DNA of 64,000 nucleotides from Eledone cirrhosa (lineage: Eukaryota). Under the pieces are notes generated by a model, which was not told where the DNA came from, searched no databases, and saw only the letters and a list, made by a program, of their open reading frames with translations. The position numbers were made by a program, and so were the translations under genes. Positions 1 through 12,295 of the stretch are shown here, in pieces. The DNA lies in contig OZ024750.1 of the NCBI GenBank assembly GCA_964016885.1, positions 23,560,001-23,624,000 of the forward strand, given 5' to 3'. The number at the start of each line of letters is the position of its first letter. Position 1 is the first letter of the stretch.

Positions 1-60
1 GGAATATTATTCCTAGTTATACTACTACCTCTTAGCTTTAGTTACCTTAACTACTATGAG
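1..60 (+). CDS. SPFH/band-7-like protein, exon A (5'-truncated by the window; hydrophobic N-terminal anchor)
   Basis: Reads GILFLVILLPLSFSYLNYYE, then a GTAAGT donor at 61; phase 0 joins the exon at 3550. Confidence 0.75.
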
Positions 61-240
61 GTAAGTGTCTGTCTTGATTCCTATATCTCTCTTGAGCTAC
101 ATACATACATACATACATACACACACATATATATACATACATACATACATATATATACATACATACACACATATATATACATACATAGTCTTCACATTTA
201 TTATTATTATTACTATTACTATATATACTAATATATACTA

Positions 241-432
241 GGGCGGTGGATTGGCAGTATCGGTAGAGGGTCGGACGCCATGCTTTCCAGCATAGTTACG
301 TCCCTTTACGATCTGAGTTCAAATCCCGCCAAGGTTGACTTTGCCTTTCATCCTTACGGGGTCGATAAAATAAAGTACCAGTAATGCACTGGGTAATTGC
401 TGGCCTTGTGCCTAAAGTAGAAACAATTATTA
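241..432 (+). mobile_element. tRNA-derived SINE family (representative copy) with a conserved GCCTTTCATCCTTACGGGGTCGATAAAATAAAGTACCAG core
   Basis: A-box-like TTGGCAGTATCGG, B-box-like GAGTTCAAATCC, (ATT) tail; the core resembles the Nin/Deu-type domain of cephalopod SINEs. About 25 copies or fragments, e.g. 4378-4555(+), 11190-11372(-), 23750-23900(-), 24012-24200(-), 26985-27197(-), 28620-28790(+), 35275-35505(-), 46752-46943(-), 47183-47318(+), 57290-57470(-), 60585-60772(+), 61080-61665(-). Confidence 0.8.
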
Positions 433-1247
433 CTATTACTATATATATATATATATAATGATGATTTAACATTTTGTACTGCCTCTTCACTTCTACGTTG
501 TTGTTTTTTTGTTTACTGTTTCAACTATAAAATATATATGTATATGTAGAGTATATCTAGAAAATATCTATTTAAATAACATTTAAACCGGCTGTATCCG
601 GCCAGAATTCTCTCACTTCTTTCTGTTCAAACCAGCTGAAACTGGCCACTCATACTGATGTTAAGGTATTGTTCTCAAAATAAATAACATCAAAATCTCA
701 TAGATTCGATTTTATGTAAGATAGTTATGTGAGGAAGAGCCTTTACTGTGAAAATACTATAGTATATATAGAGTAATATAAATGCTAAAGGATTAAGTTT
801 CAGTAATGTGCCTCTCTGACATCTGTGCTCTATGAGACTACCTAGTTCACTTTAATGGTAGCACCAGCCATGTGGTGGCCTCTGTCTGAAAAGGCAACAG
901 TTTTAAGAATACACACGTCTATATTATTACATTAAAGCAAAACAAAGCTGACATTCCTAGCTAAATAAAATTACTTTGTTAATTGTTTTAACTTCCTACA
1001 TCATCAGTTAATTTACTTTTTAATTTTATCTAATCATACCTTGGACAACAAGTGTTCCAGTTGCTCTAACAACAGAAAAGCAGACTCCTGGAATTAATGA
1101 GAAAATGGCTGAGCATTCCACATGCACCCTGAACCCATTAGCATTTACATTACTCTATATATACTATTGTTTTTTGTGGTAAAGGCTTTACCTCACATAA
1201 TTATCTCACATAATACCAAATCTATGAGATTTTGATATTATTTATTC

Positions 1248-1600
1248 ATTTCCATGTGTCTAACACATATGGGATGCCTACAAAGTCAGAAAACAGCACA
1301 GCTCCAATGACTTTCGGAAATATTTTTTCACCCTCAGAGTTGCTGAAGTATGGAACAAACTACCTGCATCAGTTGTTAACTGCCGAGATACTGCATCCTT
1401 TAAAACCTCCATGCTTCCTGAAATTCGCCAACACTACACCTGATATCCCCTCTCCCTACACACGCGCACGTGTATATCATGACTCATACACTGTTCAATT
1501 TCCTGACATTTGTACATTATTCTATGTACTATACATGCACCTTTGATAAGTTGTAGTGCACCTGAGCACTGTACACAATAATTTCATTATCATTATTATT
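1248..1600 (+). mobile_element. CR1/L2-group LINE 3' end with (ATT)n tail, nested inside a MITE A copy
   Basis: Translates to the ORF2 C-terminal motif ..FFTLRVAEVWNKLPASVV..FK; close relatives at ~2517-2870(-) and ~55520-55905(+). Confidence 0.75.
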
Positions 1601-2094
1601 AAAGAACAATACCTTAACATCAGTATGAGCAATAGGTTATGGCTGGTTTGAACAGAAAGAGGTGTGAGAATTCTGGCCAGATAAGGCCGGTTTAAATGCT
1701 AAAGGGTTAATGTAATTCTATGGGTGATTCAGCATGACAATATATGACAATGCTGTTCTGTTTTGACTGTGAACCATGTGATGTTTTCCCCTTTTAAAAC
1801 TATTACTGGTGGCGGTCACTTCAGAAAAAAACTAGTCCCCCTGAGGGAGTCTCTTGACAAGCTTGAAGTCACCTCATGGGCCAGGGTGATTGGTGAGGGG
1901 GTAATGCAGAGGATAGGGCAAAATCAAAACGTTTGTGATGGGGGTCTGCAAAGCTAAACCCTGCTATAGCAGGGGAAATGACTACATTTTTTATACCAAA
2001 CTGGCTCAAGTTCTATGAAACAAAGCCACCAATTCTAAAGAGTTACTATTTAAATTAAAATCTTCCAACAAAATTTTACATAATTATATGATGC

Positions 2095-2516
2095 CCATGC
2101 GCGATGCTGCATGGTAGTGAGACATGGGCAGCAACTGTGGAGGATATGCGATGGCTGGAGAGAAATAAAGCAAGCATGCTCTATTGGATGTGCAATGTCA
2201 ATGTGTTTGAACGACCAAGCATAGACGAGTTGAGAGAGAAACTGTGTATAAGAGGGATAGGCTGTATTGTGCGGGAGAGGAGACTGCGTTGGTATGGACA
2301 TGTGAGGCACATGGAGGATGACCGCTGGGTAAAGAAGTGCCAAGAAATGCCAGTAGAAGGAAGACAGTAGAGGAAGACCACAAAAATCATGGGCGGAGGT
2401 GGTGAGAGCTGACCTCAGATTGCTGAAGCTCACAGAGGAGATAACAAAGGACCGTGACAAATGCAGAGATGCGCTGAATAGGACCCAAGCAGGGAAAAGT
2501 GGACATAAAATGATGA
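2095..2516 (+). mobile_element. RTE-clade LINE 3' fragment
   Basis: MLHGSETWA...RRLRWYGHVRHME...RGRPQKSW, with an in-frame stop; ATG/GAT-type tail. Confidence 0.8.
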
Positions 2517-3064
2517 TAATAATAATGAAAAATAATAATAATGAAAATATTGTGTACAGTGCTTAGGTGCACTACAACTCATCAAAAAGTGTATATAGTA
2601 CATAGGGTAATGTACAAACATCAGGAAAATGAACAGTGCATGAGTCATGATATACACATGTGTGCATGTGTATGGAAGGGGTACATCAGGTGTAGTTTTG
2701 GCGAATTTCGGGAAGCATGAGGGTTTTAAAGGATGCAGTGTCTCGGCAGCTAACAACTGACGCAGGCAGTTTGTTCCATGCTTCAGCAACTCTGAGCATG
2801 AAAAAATGTTTCCGAAAGTCATGGGAGCTGATTTTGTAGGCATGTCCACGTGTGTTAGACACATGGAGATAAAAAATGATGATGATGTTAAGTTACTATC
2901 TTGGTAATGAAACAATTAATAAATTTAGTAAACCTTCAAAATTCTTCATTAATTAATTAATTGAAACAGAGTGTATTTCATTAGAAATATGGCTGTGAAA
3001 GGATTTAAAATGCTTATTGTTTTTGTATTTCATATTAATAAACAAAGATTTTTTTTTAGCTTAA

Positions 3065-3489
3065 CCCTTTATCATTTACATTACTCTTATATTTACTATT
3101 ATATTTTCAGGATAAACAGTTTATCTCATATATCTTACATAATATCGTATCTATGAGATTTTGATATTATTTATTTTGAGAACAATACCTTAACGTCAGT
3201 ATGAGCTGCTGGTCACAGCCAGTTTGAACAGAAAGAGGTGAGAGAATTCTGGCCAGATATGGCCGGTTTAACCCTTTAGCATTTAAACCAGCCATATCTG
3301 GCCAGAATTCTCTCACCTCTTTCTGTTCAAACTGGCTGTAACCAGTTTCTTATACTGATGTTAAGGTATTGTTCTCAATATTAATATCAAAATCTCATAG
3401 ATTTGAAATTATGTGAGATAATTATGTAAGATAAAACCTTTATCACAACAATACAATAGTATATATAGAGTAATGTAAATTCTAAAGGG
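3065..3489. mobile_element. Two abutting inverted piggyBac-type MITE A copies
   Basis: The copy at 3272-3489 sits at the subterminal TTAA of an oppositely oriented copy (3065-3267), making a ~420-bp fold-back. Confidence 0.75.
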
Positions 3490-3549
3490 TTAAACAATTA
3501 TTTATTCCTGTTTACTTATTTATTTTGTTTTGTTTTGTTCTTCCATCAG

Positions 3550-3714
3550 ATGGGTGTGGTCCGCAACAAAATTACTGGTAGCGTTAGTTTAGACCGTGTC
3601 TATACTAATGGACGTTACCTCATTGGACCAACATATGAATTCAAAGTATTCAAAGCAGATGCACACATTGAACGTGTTCAAAATATCCGAGTATTTACCT
3701 CTGATAAACTTGAA
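3550..3714 (+). CDS. SPFH/band-7-like protein, exon B
   Basis: Polypyrimidine tract plus CAG acceptor; 165 nt, MGVVRNKITGSVSLDRVYTNGRYLIGPTYEFKVFKADAH...DKLE; GTAAGT donor. Confidence 0.85.
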
Positions 3715-5849
3715 GTAAGTCAATTGTTCAGTTTTTAATCCTTTAATTAAACACTGCTTCTGTCTTTATTAACCCTTTAGCACTTACATTACTCTATATT
3801 TACTATTGTATTTACACAGTAAACACTTTATCTTATATAATATCTCAAATAATATTGAATCTATGAGATTTAGATATTATTTATTTTGAGAACAATATCT
3901 TAATGTCAGTATGGAAAGCCAGTTACAGCCAGTTGGAACAGAAAGTAGTGAGAGAATTCTGGCCGGATACAGCCGGTTTAAGATTTTGTAGAGATGTAGT
4001 AAATCTCTTGTTCAGTTTTTAAACCTTTCTGGGCCCATATTCCTAATGAAATTCAATCCTGTGTTTCTATCATTTTTTTAAAATAATTAAGAGTTTGTAT
4101 GGATTTATCTCCATTCCTTTTTAAGATCCTCCATCAACTTCATTGAAGTCCTTGAGGCAAGCTTGGTGAACTCAGATTTTGATTGCGTTAACTTCTTTAC
4201 TTCATCAACAGTCAGGTTTAGAATGTTTGCATACTTCAACCGGTAATATCTTCTGGTTGGTTTAGCAAAATATAATTTCTTTGTGTATATTGTGTATTTT
4301 CTGCTCAACATACATATCCGATATACTTGAAGTGTTGTACATAGATGAAGTTTTGTAAGGGGGAAGTCTTGACAATTTGGCAGTATCGGTAGAGGGTCGG
4401 ACATGCTTTCTAACATAGTTACGTCCCTTTACGATCTGAGTTCAAATCCCGCCGAGGTTAACTTTGCCTTTCATCCTTACGGGGTCGATAAAATAAAGTA
4501 CCAGTAATGTACTGGGTAATTGCTGGCCTTGTGCAAAAAGTAGAAACAATTATTTATTTCTATGCTAGTTTTATACAAAATTGTATTCTCCTTCATCATG
4601 ATTGACTCTGCTCCATCTCCCTTTAACCCTTTAACATTTACATTACACTATATTTACTATTGTATTTTCACAGAAAGGTCTTTACCTCACATAATTATCT
4701 CACATAATCTTGATTCTATGAGATTTTCAGCTTATTTATTTTGAGAGCAATACCATAATGTTGTTATGAGTGACCAGTTATGGCCGGTTTGAACAGAAAG
4801 AGGTGAGAGAATTCTGGCTGGTTATGGCTAATTTAAATGCTAAAGGGATAACTATGTTTCTTTGAAATTGAATCCAGCACTCTTCCATTTTTCGTATTAC
4901 AATTTTTGGGGGAAACTAAGATTGGACTCTATATGTCAGTTGAGATCTCACATGCTTCAAGTAACTTTATTCTTGTGTTCATACTAACATTGATGTCTGT
5001 AAGATAATTAAACATTGTTTTTGTTGTTATTTATACTAACATTGATGTCTGTAAGATAATTAAACATTGTTTTTGTTGTTATTTATCCTTTTGATACCAA
5101 ACCACCTGAAACTGAACATAAAACCCATCATTATCATCATCATCATCATTTCACGTCTATTTTCCACACTTGCATGGATTAAACAGATTGTCACATTATG
5201 AGACAAGTCAAGTCTGATGACCATGTTTTGCTTATACAGATCTGTATTTTGACTTGGTTTTTATGACTGGGTGCCCTAACCTAATACCAAACATGTTATA
5301 GTGTGCTTTTCTCTCATCATCAGCAAGACCACCATTCAGGGTGAACTGGGAGCCTCTTGTTCCACCAGCATGACCACCTTATAGGGTAGACTGGGTGCTG
5401 CCTCTTGTCATTGTACCAGCACAATGACCTTACAGGTTGAGCTAGTTGCTTTTGTTGTTGTGGCACCAGCCTTATCACTATATTCGTTCCGGCTTTCAGC
5501 AATCTGAGTTCAAATCCTGCCACAGTCAACTTGGCTTTTCATCCATTCAAGGTTAATAAAAAAGTACCAGTACTCTATATCTCTTTCTCACTTCTTCTCT
5601 TTATCACTCTCTCTCTTTCTCTGGAAGAAATAGGCTGTGTTCTGACCTGGAGAGGGAATGGGCTCCACCAGGTTTTAAAAATGCCTATGTCACTATGATG
5701 CCCCTGAAACGTCACCAGGGGTTATGGTGCAATACATACATATATCATAAAGCTTAGGTTACTTCAGATGGATTGGTACCAAATGAGTTAAAACATCACC
5801 CTTGTAACTAGATTCACAACCATAACACCTTTTTTTTTTTTATTTCCAG

Positions 5850-5968
5850 GTGGGACTTTCAGGATGTTACGAATATTTTCTTCGAGAGATCAATTGATTT
5901 ATCTGCACCAGAAATATGACGTATATTATCAGGACAAGGTAGAGAAGAAAGCCCATGAAGCAATAAAG
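5850..5968 (+). CDS. SPFH/band-7-like protein, exon C (119 nt; apparent 1-nt deletion near 5883-5888)
   Basis: TTTCCAG acceptor; VGLSGCYEYFLR in one frame continues as DQLIYLHQKYDVYYQDKVEKKAHEAIK in another; GTCAGT donor. Confidence 0.75.
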
Positions 5969-6844
5969 GTCAGTGAAATAAGGACAGAACAAACACGCAT
6001 ATATATATATATATATATATATGGGGGGGGGGGGGGGGGGGGCGTATATACACTGCATATGGTAAAGGTGTCAAATTGACATTGTTGTAAAGGCATCAGT
6101 ATTTGTTCTTCATTCTGAGTTTAATTTTTGCTGAAGTCATCTATGCCTTTCATTCTTTTGAAGTCAATAAAGAAAAATACTAGTCCAATTCTGGAATTGA
6201 TTCTCTCTCTCTAAAAATCGTCTGATTGAAGCTGGAGAGAGATAGGTTGCATCAAGTTTTAAATAATGCCTCTACAACTCCATCAGAACTTATCCCTTGA
6301 ACATTTACATTACTTTACATTTACTATTGTATTTTTGTGGTAAAGGTTTTATCTTACATAATTATGTCCAATAATACCAAATCTCAGATTTTGATATTAT
6401 TTATTTTGAGAACAACAGTATGAGTGGCCAGTTACAGCCAGTTTGAACAGAAAAGAAGTGAGAGAATTCTGGCCGGTTTAAATGCTAAAGGGTTAAGACC
6501 TTTCACATTCCTTCACCTTCACATGTCATACAGGGTGTATAAAATAGCTGAAATGGTTAAATGAAGTGTGAAGGCAATATGATCCAGAAACAAAAAATTG
6601 TGTACAAATTTTCACCAGTAAAATTGTATGTATCTATGTATGTATGTCTATGTCGGGTCACTCTTGAGTGCTACTGGTAACATGTAACCCAGTACAACCT
6701 GTCGCATGGTCGGGTCATTGGCGACTAACCGACAACCCCACCAAGTTTACTTGGTGAGGAGGGTAATTTTGGACACCTTGCAGACAAAAAACAAAACCTG
6801 ACAAAGGCCATCCAAAAGTGTATAAATATGTATATACACATGAA

Positions 6845-8455
6845 CCGCGCGGTTAAACCACTTGGAGTGAAGGACCCCCAGCCTTTGTCAGGGCATTCTT
6901 CTAGGAGAAGGCAACTCAGGAAACTGGGATAACTCCGATATAAAACCTGCGGCTCAGTAGTTACCAATGATGTTGATCTTTTCTTCTTTTCGGGTTATAG
7001 CTACTATCGCTCAGAGAGTGGGATTGGCTCAGTGCACAGTCTTTCCTCACTTTAAAAAATATCTCACGCACAGGCATTGCATGATAGAATTAATTAATAA
7101 TTATTAATAATGGTATACCGTGCAATGGCCATACTCGATACCGAGGGGGCAGCCATCATGTCATCATGTATGTATGTATGTATCGCATGCATTTCATCAG
7201 CATTGTATACGACGCATTCTGAACATCAAGTGGTCCCCTTACACACCTGATACTGTGGTACTTGAGAAAGCGGGTAGCACCAGTATTGAGAGGAGGATTA
7301 TTATAAACCAAATGAGCTGGGCTGGTCATGTGGTCCGGATGGAAGATGGAAGGCACCCTAAACAGCTGTTTTATGGGGAGCTGACCAGAGGAAAAAGGCC
7401 ACAGCATAAACCAAAGAAGCGGTTTAATGATGTCATAAAAGACCATCTTAAAACTCTGAAGATTGATATGGAGAAATGGGAGAGACTGGCTCAAAGCCGT
7501 ACATCATGGAGAAAGATCATCAAATATGGATGTGATGTCTTTGAGAAAAAGCAAGTGGAGCATGCTGTTTTGAGGTGTTTACTTCGTAAGTGGGACTCAA
7601 GTGCAATGCCTGCAAAAATTCAGCAAGATTTGGGGTGCAATGTATGTGGCCAATTTCTTCTAACACGAGCTAGTTGTGTTACTCATCTGAAATCACATGA
7701 ACCAGGGAGAAATCGAGTCAACTGTGAGATGGTTCTACTGCCACACACGCCACAGCATATTTGCAGTGAGTGTGGCTTAATTTGTAAATGGCGGGTGGTC
7801 TGACCAGACATGGTAGAATGCATGAAAACACATCCCAGCCGGTATTGGCAGGAGACAGACAGTTCAAGTGTCACATTTGTGAACATATCTGCAAAACAAA
7901 AGCAGGTCTGAAAAGTCATCTGCATGCACATGACCGTGTAATGTTCAATGAAGGGATGGCACTCTTCTGACAAGAAGTACCATTCAACATGTATGTATAT
8001 ATGTATGTGTGTGTCTGTATTTATGTATGTATGTATGCACATCATATGTACATATGTATATATGTGTGTGCATGTATACATATGTATATATATGCGCGGG
8101 GACATAGAAATAATCTGACATTCTAGAAGAATGCCCTGACAATCGCACAGTTAAACCACTGGGAGTGAAGGACCCCTTAGCCTTTGTCATTACCTTTGTC
8201 AGGTAACACAGGAAAACCTTAATAACTCCAACATAAAACCTGCGGCTCAGTAGTTACTGATGATGTTGATCTTTTCTTCTTTTGAAGTTATAGCTACTGT
8301 CGCTCAGATAGTGGGATTGGCTCAGTGCACAGTCTTTCCTCACTTTAAAAAAATGTTCATGCACAGGCATTGCACGATAGAATTAATTAATAATTATTAA
8401 TGATGGTATATCGTGCAATGGCCATACTTGATAACGAGGGGGGCAGCCATCATGC
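6845..8455 (+). repeat. Two direct ~310-bp copies (6845-7160, 8143-8455) flanking the RTE fragment
   Basis: Shared aaaacctgcggctcagtagttac...gggattggctcagtgcacagtctttcctcactttaaaa...gagggggcagccatcatg. Confidence 0.8.
7185..7990 (+). mobile_element. RTE-clade LINE 3' fragment with C-terminal C2H2 zinc fingers
   Basis: FHQHCIRRILNIKW...WAGHVVRMEDGRHPKQLFYGEL...PKKRF, followed by three CxxC...H motifs (frameshifted); (TATG)n tail. Confidence 0.8.
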
Positions 8456-8551
8456 ACATCATCATCCACATCATCACAGCAACTGTATTATATCTTTTAC
8501 TTACCATAGATGACTGATTCTTCTTTCCAATGTAAGGAATATCTTTTTTAG

Positions 8552-8729
8552 AATGTTGTAACAGGTTTCACAACTCGCAGTGTCTTTAAAGCACGGAAGA
8601 GACTTGAAGCGGAGTTGTTGTTCGGCTTACAGCAATCCCTGGGAGGTAACTGTTGTAAGAGCGGATGTATAACAGTTCAAAGTAATGATACCACCAATTC
8701 TCCAAACTCTACAAATTCTGATGTTAATG
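8552..8729 (+). CDS. SPFH/band-7-like protein, exon D (not in the ORF track)
   Basis: TTTTTTAG acceptor; NVVTGFTTRSVFKARKRLEAELLFGLQQSLGGNCCKSGC...; GTAAGA donor; phase 1 matches the next exon. Confidence 0.8.
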
Positions 8730-9357
8730 GTAAGATATTAGTATTTCTGTAGTTTTCTTCATGTTACTTTAACCCTTTAGCATGTACATTACGTTATATT
8801 TACCATTATATTTTCATTGTAAACACTTTATTTCACATAATTATCTCACATAACATTGACTCTATGAGATTTTGAGATTATTTATTTTGAGAATAATACC
8901 TTAACATCTGTATGAGTGGCCAGTTACAGCTGGTTTGAACAGAAAGAGGTGAGCGAATTTGGCCAGATAAGGCCGGTTTAAATGCTAAAGGGTTAAGCTT
9001 TTTCATACCAAAGTAGACTTTTCATACTTTCAAGGTCGATAAATAAGGTATCAGTCCTAGGGTGGTGAATTGGTGGAATTGTTTCAGAGGTAGTTGAGAT
9101 GCTTTGTGATATCTGATCTAGCTCTGTGCCTTCTGAGTTCAAATTCCACTCATTCTCCCAGAGATTGCACCAAGCAGATAATATCACCAATGGAAAGACC
9201 ACTGGAAACATGATTTCTTCAGTCTGATCTAATGATTGGTTCTTTTCCTTTTTGACACCAAACCTCCAGAAAACCGCACTGGTTTTGCAATACAACACTG
9301 TTTGTTTTAAAATGTTTATATTTATAATTAAAGTTTTCACCCCGACATAGCTGTATA

Positions 9358-9796
9358 CATATAAGTATGTGAATTTTGTATATCTTTTGATATACAGTAT
9401 GTTTACGAATAAACATTTTGAAAGCCCTTTAGCTATGAATATTGAAAGCTGACAGCTAGCACCATCTAGCAGATTCCAGCAGAAGCAGTAGTCCATTTAC
9501 ATAGGCATAAGAACTATATATTTTCGCCTGTTTCAAATTCCAGCAGAAAGCAAGGTGGAGGAAGCTCAGTCCTGATGATGGCCATAAGCCAGATACACAT
9601 TGACAGTTATCCTCTACTGCTTCTGCTGGAATCTGCTAGATGGTGCTAGCCATCAGCTTTCAATGTTCATAGCTAAAAGGCTTTCAAAATGTTTATTCAT
9701 AAACATACTGTATATCATTCTAACCCATGCTAGCGTGGAAAATGGACGTTAAACGAAGATGATGATGATGACGATACAAAATTCACACGTTTATAT
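9358..9796. mobile_element. Fold-back element with ~105-bp inverted arms and a degenerate hammerhead in the spacer
   Basis: Arms ~9388-9492 and ~9614-9717; spacer has gtc-CTGATGA-tggc-cataa-gcca-GATA...gac; the right arm is interrupted by a short (GAT)n-tailed retroposon end at ~9718-9773. Confidence 0.55.
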
Positions 9797-9799
9797 TTA

Positions 9800-10535
9800 T
9801 CTACAAACCTTCCATTATATTTGTTAAGTTAAGTTCTAAATGCTGTCTTAGCAATGAGCAAGTTAGTTATATTACTAAATCCTTCCAAATTCTTGATTAT
9901 TTTCAAAATTATGAAAGCCATAGGCAGTTTCTTACATTAGAAACATGGTAAGGAAGGGTTAAAGATTATTTGACTAATTTACATTCATCTCTTCATGCTT
10001 TGAGTGGTAGACTTAATTGCTGAAATATGCAGGCAAAGGTGTAGATTTAAAGACCCTTAAAATATGAGATGTACAGACTAAATGTAAGAACCTCAAACTT
10101 TTTGATACCAAATCCACTTGTCCTATAATATAAAGCTTTGTTTTAATATGTTTACATTTATCTAAAAATGTTCTATTATAATTTATGTAAAAACCTTTAT
10201 TAAGTTATATTCTAAACAGGATCTTGATAATGAGAAGTTTGTTATATTACTAAATTCCTCGAAATTCTCAATTATTAAAAAAATTATTTCAAAGTCATAG
10301 GCAGTATCTTTCATTAGAAATATGGTAATGAAAGAGTTAAAGTGTTTATATTTATCTAAAAACCTTCTATCATAATTTTATGTAAAAACTTTTGTTAAGT
10401 CATATTCCACCACCAACTTAATGACGAGAAAGTTAATTATATTACTAAATCTCTCCAAATTCTTGATTATTTTAAAAATTACTTTAAAATCTTAGGGAGT
10501 GTCTTTCATTAGAAATATGGTAAGGAAAGGGTTAA
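9800..10535 (+). mobile_element. Three tandem partial copies of a second TTAA-ended MITE family (B)
   Basis: Repeated ttaagttatattctaaac...ttagaaatatggtaa(t/g)gaaagggTTAA; further copies at ~22040-22385, 22680-22912, 30780-30970, 34085-34812, 48160-48342. Confidence 0.55.
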
Positions 10536-10588
10536 AGTAGATCACACATTTCTTATGTTTAATATTGTGATTCTTTATTTTGCCACAG

Positions 10589-10797
10589 ACTGTCTTCCTG
10601 GTTGTAAATCAAGGGATAGGTGCAACCATGATGACTATGGAATGTTTGTTGATGTCCGATATTTCCAGCTTGGCTCTGTAGACATACCAGATGACCTTGA
10701 TGAGAGTTTCTTAAATGCCCTTATCCTACGAGCTGATGTTGAACGGGAGAAGCATCTGCAGGCTGCTCAATTAGTTCGGAAATTAACAGAGCAAAAG
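10589..10797 (+). CDS. SPFH/band-7-like protein, exon E
   Basis: CACAG acceptor; (D)CLPGCKSRDRCNHDDYGMFVDVRYFQLGSVDIPDD...VEREKHLQAAQLVRKLTEQK; GT donor. Resembles the end of an SPFH core and the start of a coiled coil. Confidence 0.85.
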
Positions 10798-11494
10798 GTA
10801 ACATTAAGTATCATCATCATCGTTTAACGTCCATCTTCCACACTAGCATGGGTTAAACGGTTTTGTTCCATTTGATGTGGGATTGGTCGGGAGACCGTGT
10901 CTCGCTCGTACGGAAGTGTCTCTGGCAGGTTTTCTACGGCTGGATGCCCTTCCTAACACCAGTCCACACTGTATATAAATTTGAGATGTGTGCTTCCCAA
11001 TAAAAATGACTATAATAATACCATATTTTCTGGCACCGAAGATGTTTCGTCCTCAAAGATGCACCCTAATTTTGACAATCAAAAATTTGAAAAAAAATAA
11101 TAAACAACCTTCGGCCTCTAGGATACATGGTAGATTTTTAAAACTTATTTTAGGAAAAAAGTAGCATCTTCAACGCCTGGAAATACGATAATTGTTTCTA
11201 TTTTTGCTACAATTATCCCAGTACATTACTGGTGCTTTATTCTATTGACCCCGTAAGGATGAAAGGCAAAGTTAATCTCAGCAGGATTCAAACTCAGAAC
11301 GTAAAGGGTCATAGCTCTATGCTGCAAAGCATCGTGTCCGACACTCTACCGATGCTGCCAATCCACCGCCCTGACTATAATAATAATAATAATAAAAATA
11401 ATAATAGGTGGTCACTATAAATAATTGGGTAAGTATACCTAGAGACAGAAAAAAGTGTATAGAAGCACCTCTTTCTACTTTTTCCCTGTCTCCA

Positions 11495-11694
11495 NNNNNN
11501 NNNNNNNNNNNNNNNNNNNNNNNNNNNNNNNNNNNNNNNNNNNNNNNNNNNNNNNNNNNNNNNNNNNNNNNNNNNNNNNNNNNNNNNNNNNNNNNNNNNN
11601 NNNNNNNNNNNNNNNNNNNNNNNNNNNNNNNNNNNNNNNNNNNNNNNNNNNNNNNNNNNNNNNNNNNNNNNNNNNNNNNNNNNNNNNNNNNNNN
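11495..11694. other. Assembly gap (200 N)
   Basis: Run of N. Confidence 1.
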
Positions 11695-11829
11695 AGCTGG
11701 CATGGGTTGGACAGGTTGTCATAGTCCAAGACTAAATAGGTCAGAGAAACACATCTTGTTCATATATTCCATATTTTAGTATGGTTTCTATGACTATGGT
11801 TTTAGTATGGTTTCTATGCCCTTCCTAAT

Positions 11830-12295
11830 GTCAACCACTTTACAGAGTGTACTGGGTGCATTTTATCATGACACCAATGCTAATACTTTACAGTGTGTAC
11901 TGGATGTATTTAATTGGGAAACAAACGCTACCACTTAATAGTATGTATTGGGTGCATTTTATCATGACACCAACACTAACACTTTATAGTGTGTACTGAG
12001 TGCATTTTACCATAACCCTATCACTAACACTTTATAGTGTGAACTGGGTGTATTTTATTGGGAAACAAATGCTACCACTTAATAGTGTGTACTGGGTGTA
12101 CATTATCATGGCAAAAACACTACCACTTTACAGAGTGTACAGGGTGTATTTTGTGACACTAGCACTGCCACTTTACAGAATGTGCTGAATGCATTTTATC
12201 ATTTATTGTGGCACAAGTACTACTATTTTAGAGTGAATACTGAATGCATTTTATCATGGTACTAGCACTATCATTTCACAGAGTGTACTAGATGC
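11830..12295. repeat. Degenerate ~45-bp tandem repeat
   Basis: Recurrent ccactttacagagtgtactgggtgcattttatcatg. Confidence 0.8.

Noticed and set aside
241-330. tRNA gene
   Set aside because: A/B-box-like motifs belong to a high-copy SINE head; no cloverleaf.
6653-6780. HDV-like ribozyme at a retroposon 5' end
   Set aside because: A P3/L3-like hairpin is present, but P1 is mismatched and no P2 partner could be found by eye.
7120-7970. Zinc-finger transcription factor gene
   Set aside because: The fingers follow RTE ORF2 C-terminal motifs, are frameshifted and end in a microsatellite tail; this is a LINE remnant.
11317-11779. ORFs spanning X runs
   Set aside because: Artefacts of the 200-N gap.
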